A program made the translations under genes and the position numbers. A DNA stretch of 64,000 nucleotides from a virus (lineage: Duplodnaviria; Heunggongvirae; Uroviricota; Caudoviricetes). The notes beneath the pieces are model-generated. The model searched no databases. It was not told the origin of the DNA and was given only the letters and a program-made list of their open reading frames with translations. Below, piece by piece: positions 28,403 to 37,388 of the stretch; within the stretch, counting starts at the first letter, position 1, and each line of letters starts with the position of its first letter. The DNA is taken from positions 1-64,000 of IMG/VR virus record IMGVR_UViG_3300010413_000002; one strand, written 5' to 3'.

Positions 28403-30966
28403 AAACTAAATTAAATATAGTATATGTCTTAGTAGGACCAACATCTTGTGGAAAAAGTTATTTTTGTAACGAAATGAAACAAAAGCTTACTAAACAAGGA
28501 TTAAGAACCGTTATCTTATCTTCTGATGAAGAAAGAAGAAATACATTTGGCGAAAATCTCCATAAATACAATAAACAAATGCTTCAGTCAAGCGAAAAAG
28601 CATTTAATATCTTATATTATAAATTGGAACAATTAATGAAATATCCTAATAGACCTCATTTTATATTTGTTGATACTACAGGTTTATCAGAAGATTTTAG
28701 AAACGATATTATCAATATAGTAAAAAAGACAAATTATAACCTTGGTCTTATTGTATTTACATATAAAGAAAAGTCTGAATACTATAAACACATCTCAGAA
28801 GAAGACTTAGAAAAAGGTAAACATATTATAGATAGACATATAACAAGATTAAAGAAAGACGTATTTAAAACACTTTCTAAGAAAAAATATAATTTTTGTC
28901 ATAATATAACTGAAAAAGATTTTTCAAATATAAAGTTTGAAATTGAAGATTTAGACTTATATAAATCAACCTTTTTAACAGATAAGGAAAATTATCTTGT
29001 TATAAGCGACATTCATGGACATTTTGATGAATTTAAGAAATTATTAGAATTGAACGAAATCAAAATAGAAAAAGACAGGATAGCTTCCTCCCCCTATAGC
29101 AAAATAATAATAAATGGGGATACAATAGATAAAGGTAAGCAAAGCAAAGAAGTCTTAAAGTTTCTTTTAAACAACAAAGAACATTTTAGGTTTGTCATAG
29201 GAAATCACGAAAATTTTATATATAAGTATCTAAAAGGAGAAATAGATATTAATAAGTTGAATAAGGAAATTTTAAAACAGTTTTCTTCAGCGGAGCAATA
29301 TAAAGACGATAAAGAGTTTTTTTTATTGTTGGAAGAATATATAAATTTATGCGTTCCTTTCTTACAGAACAGTTATTTTATAGTAAATCATGCTCCTTGC
29401 AAAAATAAGTATTTAGGATTGCTAAACTTTAAGTCTTTAAAGAAACAAAGAAACTACTTTATAAACGATAGAGAAAAAGCTTTAGAAGAATTAAGGTTTG
29501 TACAAGAACAAAGTCGAGGTAACTACCCACTTCATATATTCGGGCATATTGCAGTTAAGAAAGTTTCAAAAATAAAGAATGAGATTTTTACAGATACTGG
29601 TGCTGGAAATAATCAAAAATTAACTGCTTTAGAATTATCTTACAAAGAATTTAAGGACTCATATTATACAAAAAACATATCGGTCGATTGCGAAGGAGAA
29701 CCCAAACAAGAAGGTTTAGAAATAGAAAAAAAGAAAGAAGTAGATTTTGACCTATTAGAACCAAAAGAAAGAGGAAGAATTTATTGGGCAATAGATAACA
29801 AAGTTCAATTCATATCAGGTACAATGCCTCCTTCTGCTTCAAGTGATGAATATGGATTAGAAAGTTTAGAAACTGCTATATCCTACTTCGAAAGTAAAGA
29901 CTACAAATTAGAAGATTTAGTATTCCAACCAAAGTATATGGGATCAAGATGTACGCTTTATCTAAATAGAGACATTGAAAAGTGTATGATGACTTCAAGA
30001 AAGGGCTATAGGATTAGGCGTTTATATGATAAAAACGGAGAAGAGATTACTGATTTTGTTGAAATATATAACAAATTTTTAGCAAAACCAAAACTAAAGA
30101 AACTATTAGAAGACGAAACAATAGAAACTATTGTTTTAGATGGCGAACTAATGCCTTGGTATGCTCTAGGAAGAAATCTAATAGAAAACACCTATGAAAA
30201 AGTTGCTGATTGCATAGAAAATGAACTAGAACTTTTAAAGGAAACTAATTTTGAAGAAGCTTTAAGTAAAGTTGATAAAGCATACAAAGATTTTAATTTT
30301 GAAGAACGACATAAAAACGAAAAAGCTAAAGATTTAGAAGCTGAAATAGGATACACTATCTATAAAACTTTTTTAAATTATAAGAATAGCAATTTTGCTC
30401 CTTTAAAAGATGTTGAAAGTAATTTAAAAGAATTTAAAAATCAAATAAGCCTATATGGCTCTAAAGAGGAAATAGATTATAAACCTTTTGATATGCTTAA
30501 AATTATTTACAAAGACGGAACTGAAAAAGTTAAAAATCCAAAAAAGGATAGTTCGCATGATGTTTTTTGGAAAGTAAATAGTAATGGATGCCAAAAATTC
30601 TCCAAAATAGAAGAATTAAAAGAATGGTATGAAATTATAACTAAAGATTTAAAATTAGAGGGCTGTGTGATTAAACCAGAGTTCTTAAAAGATGATTGTA
30701 TACCTTATATGAAAGTTCGTAATCCTAGGTACTTAAAATTAATCTACGGATATGATTATGATGATAAGGATAACTTAGAATATCTAATTAGAAACAAAAG
30801 AACAAAAAAGAAATGTCAAGTTGCAATAGAACAATTTAAATTGGGGCTAAAGTTGTTAAATTTCAAGGTAGACGAAATTACTAAAGAAAACGAGGACTAT
30901 AAACAAACTGTTGCCAAAATAATCTTTGAGGAAAAGAAAGAGACTGAAATTGACCCAAGATTGTAA
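28399..30966 (+). CDS. Trifunctional Pnkp-like RNA-repair enzyme: 5'-OH polynucleotide kinase, metallophosphoesterase (2',3'-phosphatase) and C-terminal ligase-like domain.
   Basis: P-loop VYVLVGPTSCGKSYF at the N-terminus. Central calcineurin-type motifs ISDIHGH, INGDTIDKG, IGNHE. C-terminal region with KYMGSR (candidate KxxG adenylyltransferase motif I). 855 aa, the same domain order and size as bacterial Pnkp. Confidence 0.7.
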   Translation: MKTKLNIVYVLVGPTSCGKSYFCNEMKQKLTKQGLRTVILSSDEERRNTFGENLHKYNKQMLQSSEKAFNILYYKLEQLMKYPNRPHFIFVDTTGLSEDFRNDIINIVKKTNYNLGLIVFTYKEKSEYYKHISEEDLEKGKHIIDRHITRLKKDVFKTLSKKKYNFCHNITEKDFSNIKFEIEDLDLYKSTFLTDKENYLVISDIHGHFDEFKKLLELNEIKIEKDRIASSPYSKIIINGDTIDKGKQSKEVLKFLLNNKEHFRFVIGNHENFIYKYLKGEIDINKLNKEILKQFSSAEQYKDDKEFFLLLEEYINLCVPFLQNSYFIVNHAPCKNKYLGLLNFKSLKKQRNYFINDREKALEELRFVQEQSRGNYPLHIFGHIAVKKVSKIKNEIFTDTGAGNNQKLTALELSYKEFKDSYYTKNISVDCEGEPKQEGLEIEKKKEVDFDLLEPKERGRIYWAIDNKVQFISGTMPPSASSDEYGLESLETAISYFESKDYKLEDLVFQPKYMGSRCTLYLNRDIEKCMMTSRKGYRIRRLYDKNGEEITDFVEIYNKFLAKPKLKKLLEDETIETIVLDGELMPWYALGRNLIENTYEKVADCIENELELLKETNFEEALSKVDKAYKDFNFEERHKNEKAKDLEAEIGYTIYKTFLNYKNSNFAPLKDVESNLKEFKNQISLYGSKEEIDYKPFDMLKIIYKDGTEKVKNPKKDSSHDVFWKVNSNGCQKFSKIEELKEWYEIITKDLKLEGCVIKPEFLKDDCIPYMKVRNPRYLKLIYGYDYDDKDNLEYLIRNKRTKKKCQVAIEQFKLGLKLLNFKVDEITKENEDYKQTVAKIIFEEKKETEIDPRL

Positions 30967-30981
30967 AAAACGAGAAGAAAA

Positions 30982-31194
30982 ATGACAAAAAATTTAAAAT
31001 CAGAGACAATACAAGTGAACAATAATATTTATATAAATGGAGAACTGATAAAATTGCCTAAAAAGATAAAAAGGAATAGTCAGACTATTATAAACGAAAA
31101 TGGTAGAATTTATATTAATGGCTATAAATATTGCCCTATAAAAAAAGAGTTTAAATTTTCTGTAATAGGATTTATAAAAACAATATTATTTTAA
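30982..31194 (+). CDS. Hypothetical small protein.
   Basis: 70-aa ORF. Confidence 0.4.
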   Translation: MTKNLKSETIQVNNNIYINGELIKLPKKIKRNSQTIINENGRIYINGYKYCPIKKEFKFSVIGFIKTILF

Positions 31195-31211
31195 TTAAAT
31201 AAAGGAAAAAA

Positions 31212-31799
31212 ATGATAATTAAAACAAAAAAGGATTTTGATCCGTTTTTTTTAGAAATAACTCCAAAATTAACTGCAAAAAAATACGTAGAAGTTTGTAA
31301 TAAATTTAAAGCAATGGACTTTTGGTATGAACCAAGAAATGGTTTAAAAGAATTAGAAGGAAAAATAGGTCAATGTTATTTATATATAAACGCTACTGGA
31401 CATATATTTTCTGATTATAAATTAGATAAGGAAGGATTAAAACCATTAGAAATAATTTCAGTTGAAGACTTTTTAAGAGAGGAAGATTATCCTACAATTA
31501 TTCCTTCTGAAGAAAAATATGGAGGGATTTTCTATAAGGACAAAAGATATGATGAAACACCAAAAGGCATACAGCAACTAGTAGATGATTTTTCTAAAAA
31601 TAATCAAGGTGTTGTATTTCCAAAAGAAGATGAAAGGACATATGGTACAAAAAATAAAAAAAGTTTATTGCCAAATCCAAAAAATATAGAAGAAGAAGTA
31701 TACGGTACTCCAAGGTATAATGATGTTCTTATTGAAGAAAATAGAGTTTTAATTAAACAAATATGCGAATATTTAAGAGAAAAGGAGAATGATGATTAG
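31212..31799 (+). CDS. Hypothetical protein; paralog family member 3.
   Basis: MIIKTKKDFDPFF...CNKFKA...IISVEDFLREED. Confidence 0.55.
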   Translation: MIIKTKKDFDPFFLEITPKLTAKKYVEVCNKFKAMDFWYEPRNGLKELEGKIGQCYLYINATGHIFSDYKLDKEGLKPLEIISVEDFLREEDYPTIIPSEEKYGGIFYKDKRYDETPKGIQQLVDDFSKNNQGVVFPKEDERTYGTKNKKSLLPNPKNIEEEVYGTPRYNDVLIEENRVLIKQICEYLREKENDD

Positions 31800-32202
31800 G
31801 GATAAAATAAAATTATTTTTAGCTGAAATATTATTTTTCTTATTATTAACAAATAAAACATATAGTTTTAATAGTTTTGAAGAATGTAAACAACATGTTG
31901 TAGAAAATAAAATTATTCGTACGGAATTTATAAATTTTATAGAAAAAATAAAAAATGATTTTAAACCAAAAGGAAAAAATTGGTATAAAATAGATAAAGT
32001 TGGATGGAAAAATGATATAAATTATAACGTGACTGGTTATATACAAGGATATTATCTTGACGTCTGGTGTATTTCTTTTAAAGAAAATGAATATTTAGAA
32101 AAAAATTTAACTCCATTTTTAGAGAAGAAGTTTGGAGTAATCGCTAAGAAAAAATGGCTAGAAGATCATAAAAATGCAGAAAATGAATTATTAAACAATT
32201 AA
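31789..32202 (+). CDS. Hypothetical secreted or membrane protein.
   Basis: 137 aa with an N-terminal hydrophobic segment. Confidence 0.45.
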   Translation: MMIRDKIKLFLAEILFFLLLTNKTYSFNSFEECKQHVVENKIIRTEFINFIEKIKNDFKPKGKNWYKIDKVGWKNDINYNVTGYIQGYYLDVWCISFKENEYLEKNLTPFLEKKFGVIAKKKWLEDHKNAENELLNN

Positions 32203-32213
32203 TTTTAATTAGA

Positions 32214-33542
32214 ATGTATAAAACCTTACAACCAACAAAAATAAAACAAAAAAGTGAGAAATGGCTTGAACTTAAAAGAACAAAAATAGGTTCATCTGAA
32301 ATATATGGACTTGTAAAAAACTATATTAAGCCTCAAGAATTAGAAAGTTTAGGCATAAATAGTGCAGAATTTACAGAAAAGCCGTATACTACAGCTTGGG
32401 AACTTTATCATAAATTTACTAATCCTAATTATGTAGGAAGGTCTTTAAGTTGGGAACTTGCTGAATATGGAAATTCAATGGAAAAGTTTGCTTTTAAATG
32501 GTTAAAAAAAGGTAATTTCAAATATCAGAACTCTATTTTCACACAAGGGAATGTTTATGCTAATGATAACGACATAAGAATAGCTAGCTTAGATATAGAA
32601 GGCGAAACCGATTCTAAAGAAATAATTAAAGACGCTAATGGAAACTATATTGCTCTAGGAGAAGATAAAAACTTTATAATAGAAGTAAAAGCAATGTCAA
32701 AGTTTAAAGCTTCTAAAAATCAAATTTTAACTGAAGGAGTAGATTGGAAATACATATTGCAATTACAATGGCAACTTTGGTGTAGAAATATAAATTGGGG
32801 TGCTATATTGGTTTTTGAATTATTAAATGATACTCAAGCCAACAGAGGTTATGTTATAAGATGTGGAGAAACACTAAACAAAAAAGATTATGAATATATA
32901 GATAATGCAACTCAAAAGAGAATTTTTTTCTATAAGAGACTACCTCAATATGAAAAAATATTTGAATTAGCTTTAGAAAGATTTATGAATGATGTTAAGT
33001 TTAAGAACGAACCTAAATTTGTCTCAACAGAAAATAAAGCTTTTTGGATTCAACAACTTATGAGAAGAGATGATTTTATGAACTCTAAAAGATTTGATTT
33101 TAAGAAAAATACATTATCTTTTAATGCAGAAGACAAATCAATCAATATATTAGACGGAACATTTGAAGGATTAGAATTATTCAAAAAAGATAAAATAATA
33201 GTCTTTGGAAGCAAAAACAACAATAAAAGATTCAATATTAAATCTATTTCAGACAATAAGATTATAGTTAAAGAGAAGATAGAAGATGAATTTAATGTTA
33301 AAAATATTGAATTATGTAAGAAGCTAAGCATTTTTCTTAATGAAAACTTTACTAAGTTTTTTAAGCAGTATAAAAAGAAAAAGAAAGAAACTGAAAAATA
33401 TGAATACTTAAAGAACGAATTGGAACAGCGTTTATATTCAGAAGGGAAACTAGTAGTAAATAGTAGATATGGCAAGATTTCTTACGGAGCAACTGGCAGG
33501 ATAACTGTAAAATTAGAAGAAGAGGAGAAGAAAAATGTTTAA
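32214..33542 (+). CDS. YqaJ-like viral recombinase-domain exonuclease (lambda Exo / PD-(D/E)xK family) with C-terminal extension.
   Basis: WLELKRTKIGSSEIYGLV (compare YqaJ R-x-G-x-I-T-A-S), SLDIEGE...IIEVKAM (D...E-x-K) and YILQLQWQLW (the conserved Q-x-Q motif). Confidence 0.65.
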   Translation: MYKTLQPTKIKQKSEKWLELKRTKIGSSEIYGLVKNYIKPQELESLGINSAEFTEKPYTTAWELYHKFTNPNYVGRSLSWELAEYGNSMEKFAFKWLKKGNFKYQNSIFTQGNVYANDNDIRIASLDIEGETDSKEIIKDANGNYIALGEDKNFIIEVKAMSKFKASKNQILTEGVDWKYILQLQWQLWCRNINWGAILVFELLNDTQANRGYVIRCGETLNKKDYEYIDNATQKRIFFYKRLPQYEKIFELALERFMNDVKFKNEPKFVSTENKAFWIQQLMRRDDFMNSKRFDFKKNTLSFNAEDKSINILDGTFEGLELFKKDKIIVFGSKNNNKRFNIKSISDNKIIVKEKIEDEFNVKNIELCKKLSIFLNENFTKFFKQYKKKKKETEKYEYLKNELEQRLYSEGKLVVNSRYGKISYGATGRITVKLEEEEKKNV

Positions 33543-34113
33543 GCGGTTTAAGAAAGACCCATCTCAATCACAAATAAGAGACCAAATTAAATACATAGCT
33601 GGTTATTATTGTAGATTTCAGTTATTTTTAGAAGGACGTTTTGATTATAATCATACTTTTTGTTTTATATATCCTAAACAAAAAAAAGAAAATCAACACA
33701 ACGCAAAGGATTTTGAAGCAAAAATGTTAATTAAAATATACAACAAAGAAAAAAATGTATGTTTATATATTCGTAAAGAAGATGTTTTTGACGATTTGAA
33801 ATATATTCGCAAAAGAATAGAAAATACTTCAGTTGAAGATGAATATGATGAAATGATTAAAATGGATTTATACCACAAAGAGAAAAGTTTTATTGAAAAT
33901 CTATATGAATTTATAGATTTATCAGAAGAAGAACAAAAATTATTATATAAAACATTTAAACCAAAAATTTTAGAATTTGAAGAAAAATGTAAACAAGAAA
34001 GAATAGAAGAAAATAGAAGATATGAAGAAGAACAAAAAATTGAAAAACTCAAACAAAAAGAATTAGAAAACAATCTATTAAACTCAATAAAATTTAAAGG
34101 AAAAAAATGTTAA
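33535..34113 (+). CDS. Hypothetical protein.
   Basis: 192-aa ORF. Confidence 0.45.
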   Translation: MFKRFKKDPSQSQIRDQIKYIAGYYCRFQLFLEGRFDYNHTFCFIYPKQKKENQHNAKDFEAKMLIKIYNKEKNVCLYIRKEDVFDDLKYIRKRIENTSVEDEYDEMIKMDLYHKEKSFIENLYEFIDLSEEEQKLLYKTFKPKILEFEEKCKQERIEENRRYEEEQKIEKLKQKELENNLLNSIKFKGKKC

Positions 34114-34346
34114 AGTTTTTTAAAAGACTATTTTGTGAACATGATTATAGAATAGTTCAAATGTATAAAGGAAAATGGGTTGTCGATAGAGAATATTGTT
34201 TTTATAATTTGCTTTATTGTAGAAAATGTGGAAAAACTAAGATAAAATATTGGGGATTTTATCCTAAACATCATGGCTTATATACTCATATACAACAAAT
34301 GGCAAATGCTTTTGAAAATTTTGTTAAAAAGGAGGAAAAATGTTAA
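34107..34346 (+). CDS. Small zinc-ribbon protein.
   Basis: CEHD...CRKCG. Confidence 0.4.
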   Translation: MLKFFKRLFCEHDYRIVQMYKGKWVVDREYCFYNLLYCRKCGKTKIKYWGFYPKHHGLYTHIQQMANAFENFVKKEEKC

Positions 34347-35734
34347 AAGAACTACAAGATATAGTTTCAAAACCAAAAGAGCTTGAAAAGCTATTAAAAA
34401 GATTTGATATAAAAATTAGCAATCGAAATTCGTTAGCTAAAATTCGAGATGGTTTCTCTAAAATAGATAGCTACATAAGAAATAAAGCAGATTTAGAAAC
34501 AGCAGTTTTGTCTTTGTGTGGATCTTTCCAAAAACTAGAAGGATTAGGAATAGATTTAAACGAATCGGATTCTTTCTTTGTTTCTGGATACAAGAATGAA
34601 TTAAAAGCTGATTATGAATATACAGCATTACTGAGAGCTGCTGCTAAAAATGGCTTTTTAGCTTTGACTGATATTATTTTTGTCAAAAAAGAAGAAAAAT
34701 TTGCTACTTTTAGAGATACAACTACTAAAGACAGTCTTGTTAAAATAGATTATAGAGACGAAGGATTACCAAAGTACGTTACTTTAGATACGATAGAAGA
34801 TTATAAATTTTTCTTTTGTTTGCTTACTTTGAAAGATAATGAAAAACCTTATGAAATTGTGCATCAAAAAGAGTTAAAATTATTTCCAGAAGAAGTGTTT
34901 ACTATTAAAAGCAAGACAAAAACTCAAGATACTTATGATATTAAAAGATATAATCCAAAAACTCAAAGAAAAGAAGTTGTAGATCAAGGAAAATCAGTTT
35001 GGAATGAATTTACTCGTCAAATGATAGAAAAAACACTTATAAAACAATGTTTTAGATTGTTAAAAGACGTTTTACCTTGGGTTAAGAAGTTCTATGAATT
35101 TGAAGAAGAATCTAACGAGTATGAAGTAGGAGAATCAAACAAAACTGAAGGTTTAAAAGACAAAGTTCCAAATCTAGTTGTAAAAAACGCAGATTTAAAC
35201 AATCCTACCGAAGAACAAATAAGAGAGGCACAGCAAATTCAAGAAGAATACAAAAATAGTCCTATAATGAAAGAAACATACACAACCGAAATTAAGAACG
35301 GTTTAGACATATGTAAAACGTTAAAAGACTATCAATCCTTCATAGATACCTTCATAATCAAAATTTTATCCCTAGACGAAGATAAGGAGCTTTTAAAAAC
35401 TATAAAAGCAAAAGAAGATGAATTATCTCTTCAAAAAATAGAAAATCATCAAAAACAAAAAGAAGAAGAGCAAAAAAAAGAACTTCCTAAGAACATCAAT
35501 ATAGCAAAAGGAGTTCCAAAAGATTTTAATAAAGATAATTTAGATAAAAACAGAACTGAAATATTTGATAAGCTTAAAGCTGATTTAGAAAGTTGTGAAA
35601 CTATTGATGAATTAAGACAATGTTTTGAAAATCATAAATTCCAAGAAGATTTTGCTAAATTAGACAAAGACAGAAAAGATTTAATCGTAAATTCAAAAAA
35701 TTACTTAAAAGAACAATTGATGGAGAAAAAATGA
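34340..35734 (+). CDS. RecT-family single-strand annealing protein.
   Basis: AVLSLCGSFQKLEGLGIDLN...FFVSGYKN and ALLRAAAKNGF resemble the RecT core. It lies downstream of the YqaJ-like exonuclease, as in RecET / Red modules. Confidence 0.55.
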   Translation: MLKELQDIVSKPKELEKLLKRFDIKISNRNSLAKIRDGFSKIDSYIRNKADLETAVLSLCGSFQKLEGLGIDLNESDSFFVSGYKNELKADYEYTALLRAAAKNGFLALTDIIFVKKEEKFATFRDTTTKDSLVKIDYRDEGLPKYVTLDTIEDYKFFFCLLTLKDNEKPYEIVHQKELKLFPEEVFTIKSKTKTQDTYDIKRYNPKTQRKEVVDQGKSVWNEFTRQMIEKTLIKQCFRLLKDVLPWVKKFYEFEEESNEYEVGESNKTEGLKDKVPNLVVKNADLNNPTEEQIREAQQIQEEYKNSPIMKETYTTEIKNGLDICKTLKDYQSFIDTFIIKILSLDEDKELLKTIKAKEDELSLQKIENHQKQKEEEQKKELPKNINIAKGVPKDFNKDNLDKNRTEIFDKLKADLESCETIDELRQCFENHKFQEDFAKLDKDRKDLIVNSKNYLKEQLMEKK

Positions 35735-35919
35735 AAAAATATTATGCAAGATATAAAAATGGTTTAGCTATTGATTGGTGGGTAATTTATAGAAAAAGAA
35801 AATATTGGTTTGATAAAAAAGTAAGTAAATTTTTTAGTTCTCCTGCAACACGTTCAAGAGAAGTTTTTAAAGAAATAGTAGAACCAGAATTAGAAAGATT
35901 AGAAAAGGAGGAAAAATGA
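35731..35919 (+). CDS. Hypothetical small protein.
   Basis: 62-aa ORF. Confidence 0.35.
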   Translation: MKKYYARYKNGLAIDWWVIYRKRKYWFDKKVSKFFSSPATRSREVFKEIVEPELERLEKEEK

Positions 35920-36206
35920 ATAAAGAAAACAATTTAGAAGAACATAAAGAAAAAATAGAGTTTATTAACGCAAAAACAAAGGAAATTATTGATTCAGTTC
36001 CTTTAAATGAATACTTTAATATAATTTTGTTGTCAATAGCTACTTCTTTAGTTGAGATTGCAATTAGAGCATATATAGATTTAGAAGACAAAGAAGAAGA
36101 TTCTATAAGAAAACTAATAGCTGAAAATTTTTATAATTGTATAATGAAAAAACAACCAACAAATACAACTGGAAACATATTTGATCTTACTAATATTATT
36201 AACTAA
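35916..36206 (+). CDS. Hypothetical protein.
   Basis: 96-aa ORF. Confidence 0.4.
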   Translation: MNKENNLEEHKEKIEFINAKTKEIIDSVPLNEYFNIILLSIATSLVEIAIRAYIDLEDKEEDSIRKLIAENFYNCIMKKQPTNTTGNIFDLTNIIN

Positions 36207-36217
36207 AAAAGATATTA

Positions 36218-36463
36218 ATGTTATTGGCAGAAAACCTAAGATTTCATGCTTTTATAGAAATGGTTGAAGGAAATTGTCCTAAATGTTATGGAAAACTAAA
36301 ACAATGTGGCTATGGTACTTTTGAAGATCTGACTTATGTTTGTTTGAAATGCGAAACTCCATACAAACTAAAATTAATTAAATTAAGAGATAAAGATATT
36401 GACAAAAAAGCTTTAGCTAATTTTATTAAAGAAAATCGAAAAGAAAAAGATGAAAGAAGTTAA
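36218..36463 (+). CDS. Small zinc-ribbon protein.
   Basis: CPKC...CLKC. Confidence 0.4.
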   Translation: MLLAENLRFHAFIEMVEGNCPKCYGKLKQCGYGTFEDLTYVCLKCETPYKLKLIKLRDKDIDKKALANFIKENRKEKDERS

Positions 36464-36908
36464 AGGAATGAAAATTTGTTCTACTAAAAATTGTATTCAT
36501 AAAGGAAAACAGCAACTAAAAAGTAATTTTTATACAAACAATAAAAATTCAGACAAATTATGTGTTCAATGTAAGGATTGCCATAGGGCAAGACTTGAAA
36601 GAAAAGTAAAAAACGATCCGAATTATTGGAAAAATCGTTATAAAAAATATGAAAATTATAATAGAGAATATAAAAGTACTGGAGAATTTAAAGAACGGCG
36701 TAAAACACTTAGAAAAACCAATGAATACAAAGAACGACGTAGTAAATATAGAAGAGGACGATATAAAAACGACGAAGAATATAGAACTAATTGTTTAAAG
36801 ATATGTAAAAAAAGATACATAGAGAAACAAAATAATATGTGTGATGACTTATTTAATGATTTTTTAATTAATATAGAAGAACGAAATGAAACATATACAA
36901 ACTCTTAA
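36450..36908 (+). CDS. Zinc-finger basic protein; paralog family with 40027-40461 and 53297-53599.
   Basis: C-x4-C...FY...CVQC then a K/R/Y-rich tail with EYKxRRxxxRK repeats. Confidence 0.45.
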   Translation: MKEVKGMKICSTKNCIHKGKQQLKSNFYTNNKNSDKLCVQCKDCHRARLERKVKNDPNYWKNRYKKYENYNREYKSTGEFKERRKTLRKTNEYKERRSKYRRGRYKNDEEYRTNCLKICKKRYIEKQNNMCDDLFNDFLINIEERNETYTNS

Positions 36909-37092
36909 AGTAGAGTACGACAAAGAAGAAGATATAACAATCAAGCTCTTCACTAAAAGACAAATGAAAGAATATGTGAAGCTACAAGATAAATCTGACG
37001 CTAGCGAAGATTTTATGGTTGGATCAAGTTTAGAGGAAAGAGGAATTAAAGGTCTTTTTTTTGAAAAAAGCTTAAAACGCCCTATTTATTAA
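36886..37092 (+). CDS. Hypothetical small protein.
   Basis: 68-aa ORF. Confidence 0.35.
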   Translation: MKHIQTLKVEYDKEEDITIKLFTKRQMKEYVKLQDKSDASEDFMVGSSLEERGIKGLFFEKSLKRPIY

Positions 37093-37355
37093 ATTTCTAA
37101 AAAACTTCCCTTTTAAATTTTAATATATATAATATATCTTATGGCAATTTAAACGTTGTATATAATAGATGATATGGACACGGGAGCATTACCCGTCTCT
37201 TCCACCAATTGATTATAAGGGGGAGAAATAGATTTGACATACATTCAAAGATACAATCTTTGCTCAGAGTGATTTCTGTGAAAGTCAAAAAAATAACTGG
37301 AGAAGAAATTCTTTTAGCCGCCTAAAAATTCAAAATTTTAAGACGGAACGGTTTG

Positions 37356-37388
37356 GGAGAGCCGTTTTACCAAACTCTCCTTTGTTTT
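37356..37388. terminator. Bidirectional rho-independent terminator between convergent blocks.
   Basis: GGAGAG-ccgttttaccaaa-CTCTCC stem-loop followed by TTTGTTTT. It sits at the stop of the minus-strand tdk and downstream of the plus block. Confidence 0.5.

Noticed and set aside
37180-37300. tmRNA.
   Set aside because: There is a T-arm/CCA-like 3' end, but no tag reading frame and no tRNA-Ala-like G-U acceptor 5' strand.
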